Shown: positions 19,174 to 26,799 of the stretch, one piece after another
How positions within the stretch are numbered: the first letter of the stretch is position 1
Layout: every line of letters starts with the position of its first letter
NCBI GenBank assembly: GCA_964474325.1
Contig: CAYYSS010000001.1
Location: 1-35,769, forward strand
Length of the DNA: 35,769 nucleotides
Origin: an uncultured Nitrospirota bacterium
Lineage (GTDB): Bacteria; Nitrospirota; Thermodesulfovibrionia; SZUA-242; CAYYSS01
Direction: 5' to 3'
Notes under the pieces: model-generated
The model's database searches: none
What the model was told of the DNA's origin: nothing
Seen by the model: the letters and a program-made list of their open reading frames with translations, nothing else
Position numbers and translations under genes: made by a program

Positions 19174-19197
19174 GGGTGATTGTTCCCAAAATCACCC
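19174..19197. repeat. Perfect 8-bp inverted repeat GGGTGATT-N8-AATCACCC
   Basis: GGGTGATT (19174-19181) and AATCACCC (19190-19197) are exact reverse complements. A T7 run (19158-19164) precedes it and no T-run follows, so it does not look like a terminator on either strand. It lies 103 bp upstream of the predicted dcw -35. Confidence 0.35.
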
Positions 19198-19270
19198 TGC
19201 GTCCACTTCATGTTGTGGTGTCAGGGCGGAAGGCTACCATATGTTGAAAAAGATGCGGTTGTCTGCTCAT

Positions 19271-19329
19271 TTTTCTTTTTAATTTCATTTATTTATCGCT
19301 TGACAAGGGAACAATTTCTTGGATAACAT
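19271..19329 (+). promoter_or_regulatory. Sigma70-type promoter candidate for mraZ/dcw (Pmra equivalent) with an AT-rich UP-like tract
   Basis: The -35 is TTGACA (19300-19305), followed by an 18-nt spacer and the -10 TAACAT (19324-19329). It is preceded by the AT-rich TTTTCTTTTTAATTTCATTTATTTAT (19271-19296), which is conspicuous in GC-rich DNA. Confidence 0.5.
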
Positions 19330-19331
19330 TG

Positions 19332-19356
19332 GTGGCAATACGTGGGGAAAGGTGGG
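19332..19356 (+). promoter_or_regulatory. Three phased GTGG(C/G) direct repeats; candidate MraZ operator
   Basis: GTGGC starts at 19332, GTGGG at 19342 and GTGGG at 19352, an exact 10-bp periodicity. The repeats lie between the predicted -10 and the mraZ ATG (19368). The third repeat overlaps a possible SD (AAGGTGG). Confidence 0.45.
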
Positions 19357-19367
19357 TAACTGCGGTC

Positions 19368-19826
19368 ATGCGGAAGGGTTTCCGCGGGCGGTACAGTGTA
19401 AGTATGGATCAAAAGGGGCGGGTCAGTGTGCCCGCGGCCTTCCGGTCCATGCTGGAAACACGGGATGGGGAGCCTGCGCTGGTACTCACTATGGATATGG
19501 TCGAACGATGTCTCCTGCTGTATCCCTCCCACGTCTGGGAGCGGGTCGAAGAGAGTATCAATAACCTGCCGAGTACTCACCCGAGTGTTGCGGAGTTCAA
19601 GCGGCATTTTCTCGGATCCGCCCTGGAGAGCGATCTGGATAAACAGGGGAGGATCCTGATCCCCGCCGAATATCGGGATTACGGGTCGCTGAACGGTTCG
19701 GCCCTGTTTCTCGGGCTCGGCGACAAGATGGAGATATGGAACCGGGAATCCCGAGACGCGAAGATGCAGGAAGTGGATCCCCGGAAGGTCATGGAGGATA
19801 TCTTCGAACTGGGAGGGCGTATCTGA
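19368..19826 (+). CDS. mraZ: Transcriptional regulator MraZ
   Basis: The 152-aa product starts MRKGFRGRYSVSMDQKGRVSVP, with a second SpoVT/AbrB-like repeat LDKQGRILIP. It is the first gene of the dcw cluster. The track start 19329 (TTG) would overlap the predicted -10 and the repeat boxes. Confidence 0.9.
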   Translation: MRKGFRGRYSVSMDQKGRVSVPAAFRSMLETRDGEPALVLTMDMVERCLLLYPSHVWERVEESINNLPSTHPSVAEFKRHFLGSALESDLDKQGRILIPAEYRDYGSLNGSALFLGLGDKMEIWNRESRDAKMQEVDPRKVMEDIFELGGRI

Positions 19827-19840
19827 CCGGTGGTCCGGCG

Positions 19841-20809
19841 ATGGGAAAACGGCACAGCGACTGCGCGGATGGAGACGGCACGACGGTTCGGAACCTGTCG
19901 GAGGACGTGAATGGAGTACCCGCGGGCCACGTCCCCGTGCTGGTGGACGAGGTCGTTCAGGGACTTCGGATCCGCCCCGACGGTGTTTACGTGGACGGGA
20001 CCCTGGGGCGCGGGGGACATGCGAGGGCGGTTCTGGAGCGCCTCGGTCCCCGGGGGAGGTTCATCGGGCTTGATAGAGACAACGAGTCGCTGGAAACATT
20101 CCGGCCGACGTTAGGGAACGATCCGCGCGTGGCGCTGATCCACGCAAATTTCGAACGTATTGCGGAGGTTCTTAAGGATGCGGGGTTTGAAGGAGCCGAC
20201 GGTATTCTGCTTGACCTGGGGGTGTCCATGAACCAGATGACGGACACCGGGCGCGGTTTCAGTTTCCGGAGCGACGCCCCGCTGGACATGCGTATGGACC
20301 GAAGCGGGGGAGAGACCGCCGAGGACCTGGTCAACGGCCCGTCGGAACGGGACCTGGCGGATCTGATCTATACCTACGGCGAGGAGCGGGCGAGCCGCCG
20401 CATTGCCCGGGCCATCGTGCGGGTACGGCCGATCCGTACCTGCAGTGAACTTGCCGATGTCATACGGCGGGTCATGCCCGGAGGGAAACGGAATATCCAT
20501 CCGGCGACGCGGACGTTTCAGGCCCTGAGGATCGCGGTCAACGGAGAGCTTGGGGCACTGGACCGGGTTCTGGCCGAAGGGCCGGGGCTGTTGCGGCCGG
20601 GAGGGCGCTTCTGCGTAATTGCGTATCACTCTCTGGAAGACCGCCGGGTCAAAGACTGTTTCCGGGACATGAAAGGTGCGGGGTACACGGTACTGACGAA
20701 AAAACCCATTCGGCCGGGACAAGAGGAAATCAGGCGAAACAGGGCGTCCCGGTCGGCGCGGCTGAGGATTCTTGAACGTAAAGGTGAGAAAAGGGGTGAG
20801 TCCGTATGA
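19841..20809 (+). CDS. rsmH: 16S rRNA (cytosine1402-N4)-methyltransferase RsmH (MraW)
   Basis: Motifs HVPVLVDEV, DGTLGRGGHA, LLDLGVS, FSFRSDAPLDMRM and IAYHSLEDRRVK are present. ATG 19841 lies 15 nt after the mraZ stop. The track start 19736 lies inside mraZ. A slightly later in-frame GTG start cannot be excluded. Confidence 0.9.
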   Translation: MGKRHSDCADGDGTTVRNLSEDVNGVPAGHVPVLVDEVVQGLRIRPDGVYVDGTLGRGGHARAVLERLGPRGRFIGLDRDNESLETFRPTLGNDPRVALIHANFERIAEVLKDAGFEGADGILLDLGVSMNQMTDTGRGFSFRSDAPLDMRMDRSGGETAEDLVNGPSERDLADLIYTYGEERASRRIARAIVRVRPIRTCSELADVIRRVMPGGKRNIHPATRTFQALRIAVNGELGALDRVLAEGPGLLRPGGRFCVIAYHSLEDRRVKDCFRDMKGAGYTVLTKKPIRPGQEEIRRNRASRSARLRILERKGEKRGESV

Positions 20810-21186
20810 AATATGGAAAGAGAAAACGCTTTCGCCGTGGACGACTGGTTTCCGCCATCGGGCTACGCTGGGTTCTGCGTCCCCTGGCCGTTACCATGAT
20901 CATCGCCGGGGGGTTCTCTCTGGTGTGGATCCGCGCCCAGGTGCAGGAAGTGCGCTATCGTCTCGTGGAACTGGAGTGGGAGCTTAAGGCCGTCCAGCAG
21001 GAAAAACGGGAACTCCTCCGTCAGCGGGCCGCACTGTCGGCCCCCGCGCGGATCGAGCGCAGGGCGAAACGGGCCGGATTTTCCCTGGCCGACCGTTCGA
21101 GGATTTTCATCGTGAACACCGACCGTCGGACCCCGCAGGTCCGGGACGCGGCCTGGAGCGTCGGGGGCCTCGGCCCCGGGACCTGA
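20806..21186 (+). CDS. ftsL: Cell division protein FtsL
   Basis: The 126-aa bitopic protein has a basic N-terminus (KRKRFRRGR), one TM segment (LAVTMIIAGGFSLVWI) and a coiled-coil-like VRYRLVELEWELKAVQQEKRELLRQ. It occupies the conserved position between rsmH and ftsI, with an ATGA overlap with rsmH. Confidence 0.75.
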   Translation: MKYGKRKRFRRGRLVSAIGLRWVLRPLAVTMIIAGGFSLVWIRAQVQEVRYRLVELEWELKAVQQEKRELLRQRAALSAPARIERRAKRAGFSLADRSRIFIVNTDRRTPQVRDAAWSVGGLGPGT

Positions 21187-22886
21187 TGGACCGTTGGCGA
21201 GCGATACTTCTTCAGGGTCTGCTTCTGGTCGGCTTCTGCTCGATCGGGATTCGGCTTTTCGACCTGATGATTCTCGAGCACGAGACCCTGTCGGAACGGG
21301 CCGACCGTCAGCATATACGCCGGGGCACACTCACCGCCCACCGGGGGACGATCTACGACCGCCGGTTTCGGGAACTGGCGGTTGATGTGGAATCCTACTC
21401 GCTCTACGGAGTCCCCCGGCGGGTGGAGGATCCCAGCGGGCTCGCCAACGTACTGAGACCTCTTGTCCCGGCGGGCCGGGCCGAACTCGTACGGCGCCTT
21501 TCCAAAGACCGGGAGTTTATCTGGCTTGCCCGCAAACTCGACGTGGATTCCGTCCGGAAGATACGGGCGCTCGGCCGGAAAGGGCAATTGGGTTTCAAAA
21601 CGGAGATGAAACGGGTGTATCCCAAGGGACGCCTCGGCGCCCATCTGCTGGGGTTCGTCAACATCGACAACGAGGGCAAATCGGGTGTCGAACGCTGGTA
21701 TGACGACTACCTGGCCCGCCGGGAAGAACGGTTTTCCCTTAACGTGGACGGTCGGGAAAGGAGGCTCTGGTCCGAGTCCCTCGAAGACCCCCGGGGCGAA
21801 GACCTGGTGTTGACCGTGGACGAAGACCTGCAGTATCTGGCCGAGGCCGAACTCGACCGGGGTATGCGGGAGAGCAAGGCAAAGGCCGGTGTGGTTGTGA
21901 TGATGGAGCCCGTCACCGGGGAAATCCTCGCACTTTCCGTGCGGCCCACCTACGACCCCGAGAAACCCCGGCACCCGGAGCGGTGGCGCAACCGGGCCGT
22001 GACCGATATGTACGAACCGGGATCCACGTTCAAGGCGATTCTTGCCGCCGCGGCCCTGGAGGAGCAGGCGGTAGGCCTCCATGAGCGATTCGACGTCTCC
22101 GCGGGACGGATCAAGGTCGGTAACAGGTGGATTCGCGACGCCCACCGGATCAAAAGGAGTATCACCCTTGGAGAGATCATACGTGAGTCCTCCAACGTGG
22201 GTGCGGTCATGGTGGCGGAGCGGGTCGGTGGAAAACGGTACTACGAATATATACGGGCCTTCGGTTTCGGGGAAAAGACCGGTGTCGATCTCCCGGGCGA
22301 GATCAGCGGCCGGGTGCGCCCGCCCGAGCAGTGGTCGGGCATGTCCCTGGCTTCCCTTGCCATCGGCCAGGAGATCGGAGCCACCGCGATCCAGATCACC
22401 GCGGCTTATTGCGCGATTGCAAACGGCGGGATCCTGATGCGTCCGAAGGTGGCCCGAGCCGTGGTTGGGGCCGACGGCAGGGTGGTGCGGGAGTTTGCCC
22501 CGGAGGCCGTGCGCAGGGTCATCTCGGAGCGTACGAGCCGGCGTCTCGTGGAAATGCTCACGGGCGTGGTCACGGAAGGGGGCACCGGGGAACTGGCCGC
22601 CGTAGAGGGAAACCAGACAGCGGGCAAGACCGGCACCGCCCAGAAATACGATCCGCGGATCGGCCGCTACTCCCATGAAAAATACGTAAGTTCGTTCGTG
22701 GGATTCGTCCCCGCCGAGGAACCGAGGATGGTGGTCCTCGTACTCTTCGACGAACCCGAGGGGAAGACGGTTTACGGCGGGCGCCTTGCCGGACCGGTCT
22801 TCCGGCGGATCGCCGAACGGGCGCTGGTGCACATGGATGTGCCGCGGGACCGGGAGAGCGTGGAGATTCTCAAGGTGGCCCGCTGA
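21186..22886 (+). CDS. ftsI: Peptidoglycan D,D-transpeptidase FtsI (class B PBP)
   Basis: It has an N-terminal TM segment and a PBP dimerisation region. The transpeptidase motifs are STFK (GSTFKAIL), SSN (ESSNVG) and KTGT (GKTGTAQ). The start overlaps the ftsL stop (TGATG). Confidence 0.9.
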   Translation: MDRWRAILLQGLLLVGFCSIGIRLFDLMILEHETLSERADRQHIRRGTLTAHRGTIYDRRFRELAVDVESYSLYGVPRRVEDPSGLANVLRPLVPAGRAELVRRLSKDREFIWLARKLDVDSVRKIRALGRKGQLGFKTEMKRVYPKGRLGAHLLGFVNIDNEGKSGVERWYDDYLARREERFSLNVDGRERRLWSESLEDPRGEDLVLTVDEDLQYLAEAELDRGMRESKAKAGVVVMMEPVTGEILALSVRPTYDPEKPRHPERWRNRAVTDMYEPGSTFKAILAAAALEEQAVGLHERFDVSAGRIKVGNRWIRDAHRIKRSITLGEIIRESSNVGAVMVAERVGGKRYYEYIRAFGFGEKTGVDLPGEISGRVRPPEQWSGMSLASLAIGQEIGATAIQITAAYCAIANGGILMRPKVARAVVGADGRVVREFAPEAVRRVISERTSRRLVEMLTGVVTEGGTGELAAVEGNQTAGKTGTAQKYDPRIGRYSHEKYVSSFVGFVPAEEPRMVVLVLFDEPEGKTVYGGRLAGPVFRRIAERALVHMDVPRDRESVEILKVAR

Positions 22887-22917
22887 TGGACGGAATCCGG
22901 ACACCGGGGGACCGGCG

Positions 22918-24390
22918 GTGAAACTCACGGAACTCCTCCGGGCGTTTGAGCCGGAGCGGGTCCGCGGTAGTACGGAAGTCGAGGTGAGTTCGGTTGAATA
23001 TGATTCGCGCCGGGTACATCCCGGATCTCTCTTTGTTGCGTTAAAAGGTGCGGTGAGCGACGGACGGCAATTTATCGATCATGCGATCGAACGGGGTGCG
23101 GTGGCTGTACTGGGCCGGAATCTGCCGACCTGTCCGGCCGGGGTGGCGTGTATCGATGTGACGGATCCCCGGGAGGCCCTGGCCGGGGTCGCCGTCGCTC
23201 TTGCCGGAAACCCTTCGGAGAAAATCGCCACGGTGGGAATCACCGGGACCAACGGCAAAACAACCACGGCTTTTCTCCTGGAGACGATTCTTTCGGCGAC
23301 GGGCCTTCCGTCGGGACTGATCGGTACGGTGGAGTATCGTTTCGGCGGACGGGTATACCCGGCGGAACGGACGACGCCGGAGGCCTCGGATCTCCAGGAC
23401 ATCCTGCGCAGGATGGTGGAGGCGGGACAGAAGGCCGCGGTGATGGAGGTGTCGTCCCACGGACTGGCGTTCAAGCGGGTCGCCGGGTGCCGTCTGAACA
23501 CGGCGGTGGTCACCAACGTGACCCGCGACCACCTTGATTTTCACGGTACCCGGGAGGCCTATGCCGCGACGAAACGCTCGATCTTTACGCTCCTCAAACC
23601 CGGCGGTACCGCCGTTTTGAATGCCGCCGACCCGGTCCAGAAAGACTTTGCGGAAGGCTGGGACGGCCCGGTTCTCCGGTACGGGTGTGTTCCCGGGGCC
23701 GACGTGCGGGCCGACGAAGTGAGCACTTCTCTCGAAGGGATCACCATGAACCTCCTCTGGCGGTCGCAGTGCATTCCGGTCACGTCCCGGCTCGTCGGGG
23801 CGTTCAACGCCGAAAACATACTGGCGGCACTCGCGGCGGCGATTTCCCTGGGAGTCGACCCTGCGGAGGCGGCCGGTGCGGTCGGGAAGCTCGAAGGCGT
23901 ACCCGGCCGTTTCGAGGTCGTACACCGGGGGCCGCCGTGTAACGTGATTGTGGACTACGCCCATACCGACGACGCCCTCGAGCGTCTGCTCACCGAAGCC
24001 CGCAGGTTGTGCCGGGGGCGGCTGATCGTCGTGTTCGGATGCGGCGGCGACCGGGACCGGACGAAGCGGGCGCCCATGGGGCGTGTGGCCGAACGGCTGA
24101 GCGACCTCGCTGTCCTGACCAACGACAATCCCCGTAACGAAGACCCGATGGGGATTATTGACGATATCCGGGACGGAATGGCGGGAGGGGATCCCGTGGT
24201 GATCCCGAACCGGCGGGGAGCGATCGAAGAGGCCCTGACGCGGGCTCGTACCGACGACCTGGTTGTGATTGCCGGGAAGGGGCACGAGACGTATCAGGAG
24301 ATCGGTACTGTGCGGCATCCCTTCGACGACCGGGCGGTCGTGCGGGAGATTCTCGGAAACCGGGCCGTCCGGCCGGAGGCGACGGAATGA
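22918..24390 (+). CDS. murE: UDP-N-acetylmuramoyl-L-alanyl-D-glutamate--2,6-diaminopimelate ligase
   Basis: The GTG at 22918 (VKLTELLRAF) gives 490 aa. Motifs YDSRRVHPGSLFVALKG, GITGTNGKTT and DNPRNEDP (the DNPR motif associated with meso-DAP specificity) are present. The track start 22786 lies inside ftsI. Confidence 0.92.
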   Translation: MKLTELLRAFEPERVRGSTEVEVSSVEYDSRRVHPGSLFVALKGAVSDGRQFIDHAIERGAVAVLGRNLPTCPAGVACIDVTDPREALAGVAVALAGNPSEKIATVGITGTNGKTTTAFLLETILSATGLPSGLIGTVEYRFGGRVYPAERTTPEASDLQDILRRMVEAGQKAAVMEVSSHGLAFKRVAGCRLNTAVVTNVTRDHLDFHGTREAYAATKRSIFTLLKPGGTAVLNAADPVQKDFAEGWDGPVLRYGCVPGADVRADEVSTSLEGITMNLLWRSQCIPVTSRLVGAFNAENILAALAAAISLGVDPAEAAGAVGKLEGVPGRFEVVHRGPPCNVIVDYAHTDDALERLLTEARRLCRGRLIVVFGCGGDRDRTKRAPMGRVAERLSDLAVLTNDNPRNEDPMGIIDDIRDGMAGGDPVVIPNRRGAIEEALTRARTDDLVVIAGKGHETYQEIGTVRHPFDDRAVVREILGNRAVRPEATE

Positions 24391-25727
24391 TTCCCCGCGA
24401 CGAGATCCTCCGGGCCTTTCGTCTTGACGATGCAACCGGCGTGGCCGAGACGTTTACCGGCGTGAGTACGGACAGCCGGTCGGTTATGCCGGGGGCACTC
24501 TTTTTCGCCCTTCCGGGGCCCCGTTACGACGGTCACGACTTCGTCGAGGCCGCTCTTGAAAACGGGGCACGGTCCGCGGTGGTCGAGGCCGATCGGCCGG
24601 TTGCGGCCCCCACCCGGGATCTTATCCGTGTTCCGGATACCCTCGAGGCACTTCAGGCTCTTGCCCGGGTCCACCGGGAGAGGTGGTCCGGGACGGTGGC
24701 GGCGGTTACGGGATCAAACGGCAAGACCACGACCAAGGATATGACCGCCGCAGTCCTCGGGGCGCGGTATTCCGTTCACCGGACCTTCGGAAACCTCAAC
24801 AACCATATCGGGCTTCCCTTAACCCTGCTCGGCCTCCGGGACGAGCACCAGTGGGCCGTGGCGGAACTCGGGATGAACCACCTCGGCGAAATCAAGATGC
24901 TGGCCGGGATCGCACGGCCCGATATCGCGGTAATCACCAACGTGGGACCCGCCCACCTCGACGGCGTCGGCGGCGTCGACGACGTCCTCCGGGCAAAGCT
25001 CGAGATCCTTTCCGCGGGCCCCCGGGCCGTGGTCGTCGGCGCGGACCAGCCGGAGGTCGTCCGGGCGGTGCGGGAGCGTTTCGACGGGGAGGTCCTGACC
25101 TTCGGGTTCGGCCAAGACGCCGATCTCCGGGGCGGAGAGTTTCGCTCCACGGAAAACGGAGGCCTGCTCGAACTGCCCGGCAGCGCGACGGTCCGTCTGC
25201 GGGTGTCCGGGCGTTTCAACGCGTATAACGCCCTGGCGGCCCTGGCCGTGGCCCGGCTCGGCGGCGTACCCCCCGAGGGGGCCGTGGAGGCCCTCGAAAG
25301 CTTTCGGGGGACGGCCATGAGGTTCGAGTGCATGACCGTGGGTACGAGCCTGGTGGTAAACGATTCCTATAACGCGAACCCGGCCTCCCTGCGGGCGTCT
25401 CTCGAGGCCTTTGCGGATGTGGCCGGAGAACGTCGCCGGGTACTGGTACTCGGGGAGATGTTTGAACTCGGGCCCCGTTCCGAAGAACTCCATCGAAACG
25501 CCGCCGGCGACGCCCGCCGTTTCGGAATCGATCTCCTGGTGGGGATCGGTACTACGGCGCGCGCGGCGGTAGACGCCTTCGGCAAGCCGTCGTACTGGTA
25601 CGACAACGCCGGGGAGGCCGCCGGCCGGGTACAGGACTGGTTGCGGCCCCGGGACGCGGTCCTGCTCAAAGGTTCCCGGGCCGTGGGCGTGGAAGCCGTA
25701 CTCGGGGGGATACGCGATGCTGCTTGA
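24387..25727 (+). CDS. murF: UDP-N-acetylmuramoyl-tripeptide--D-alanyl-D-alanine ligase
   Basis: There is an ATGA overlap with murE. Motifs TDSRSVMPGALFFAL, VTGSNGKTTTKDM and NDSYNANP are present. Confidence 0.92.
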   Translation: MIPRDEILRAFRLDDATGVAETFTGVSTDSRSVMPGALFFALPGPRYDGHDFVEAALENGARSAVVEADRPVAAPTRDLIRVPDTLEALQALARVHRERWSGTVAAVTGSNGKTTTKDMTAAVLGARYSVHRTFGNLNNHIGLPLTLLGLRDEHQWAVAELGMNHLGEIKMLAGIARPDIAVITNVGPAHLDGVGGVDDVLRAKLEILSAGPRAVVVGADQPEVVRAVRERFDGEVLTFGFGQDADLRGGEFRSTENGGLLELPGSATVRLRVSGRFNAYNALAALAVARLGGVPPEGAVEALESFRGTAMRFECMTVGTSLVVNDSYNANPASLRASLEAFADVAGERRRVLVLGEMFELGPRSEELHRNAAGDARRFGIDLLVGIGTTARAAVDAFGKPSYWYDNAGEAAGRVQDWLRPRDAVLLKGSRAVGVEAVLGGIRDAA

Positions 25728-26799
25728 ATGGCTCTATCCCCTGAGCGAGGTCTTCTCCGTCCTGAACGTGATTCGTTATATCACCTTCAGGACGGCCTCG
25801 GCAACGGTGACGGCCCTGGTGGTGAGCCTCGTGGTCGGTCCCGCCGTCATACGGTGGCTTTCCCGGATGAGCCTCACTCAGCAGATACGGGACGACGGTC
25901 CGAAGACCCACCTCGAGAAAGCCGGAACACCCACCGCCGGGGGGATCATCATACTGGGCAGTATCGTATTTTCCCTGGCCCTCTGGGGAAACTGGAGAAA
26001 CGTCTATCTCTGGATACTCACGGGCTCCCTTCTGGCCTTCGGCGCCGTGGGGCTTTGGGACGATTACCTCAAGATCTCCCGTCGCAGCCCCAGCGGCCTT
26101 TCCGCCCGCAGAAAGTTCGCCCTGGAGATCCTTATCGCCCTGGTCATAGGATGGATCATCTTCCGGGACCCGGCGGATCCCTATCCCGCCGTACTCAGCG
26201 TGCCGTTTTTCAAACACGTCCTTCTGCCCCTCGGGATCCTCGCCGTGCCGTTTTCCATGCTGGTCATTACGGGTTCGGCAAACGCCGTGAACCTGACCGA
26301 CGGGATCGACGGGCTCGCCATCGGACTCGTGGGGATCGCCTCGGTAGCCAACGCCCTGCTGGTATACGTGTCCGGTCACAGCCGGTTTGCGGCCTATCTG
26401 CAGGTTCTCTATCTTCCCGGTGCGGGAGAACTTACGGTCTTCTGCGGGGCCATGTTGGGCGCGGCGCTGGGTTTTCTGTGGTTCAATTCCTATCCCGCCC
26501 AGGTCTTCATGGGAGACGTGGGTTCCCTGTCGCTCGGGGGTGCTCTCGGGACCCTGGCGGTGATAACGAAACAGGAAATCGTCCTGGCGGTGGTAGGGGG
26601 TATTTTCGTGGCCGAGACCGTTTCCGTGATCGCCCAGGTCGCCTCGTTCAAGCTTACGGGAAAGCGGATCTTCCGCATGGCGCCTCTGCACCACCACTTC
26701 GAACTGAAGGGGTGGCACGAACCCAAGGTCATCGTGCGCTTCTGGATCGTGGGGATCCTGCTGGCGTTCATGAGTCTGATGACCCTGAAACTCAGATGA
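25717..26799 (+). CDS. mraY: Phospho-N-acetylmuramoyl-pentapeptide transferase
   Basis: This 360-aa polytopic protein contains KAGTPTAGG, NAVNLTDGIDGLA, MGDVGSLSLGGALG and PLHHHFELKGW. Confidence 0.95.
   Translation: MLLEWLYPLSEVFSVLNVIRYITFRTASATVTALVVSLVVGPAVIRWLSRMSLTQQIRDDGPKTHLEKAGTPTAGGIIILGSIVFSLALWGNWRNVYLWILTGSLLAFGAVGLWDDYLKISRRSPSGLSARRKFALEILIALVIGWIIFRDPADPYPAVLSVPFFKHVLLPLGILAVPFSMLVITGSANAVNLTDGIDGLAIGLVGIASVANALLVYVSGHSRFAAYLQVLYLPGAGELTVFCGAMLGAALGFLWFNSYPAQVFMGDVGSLSLGGALGTLAVITKQEIVLAVVGGIFVAETVSVIAQVASFKLTGKRIFRMAPLHHHFELKGWHEPKVIVRFWIVGILLAFMSLMTLKLR

Noticed and set aside
19210-19326. A small 38-codon ORF (MLWCQGGRLPYVEKDAVVCSFFFLISFIYRLTREQFLG) in the EBP-mraZ spacer.
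   Set aside because: It has no Shine-Dalgarno sequence, its 3' half is the AT-rich UP/-35 region of the dcw promoter, and its codon composition is unlike the neighbouring genes. It is most likely a chance ORF.
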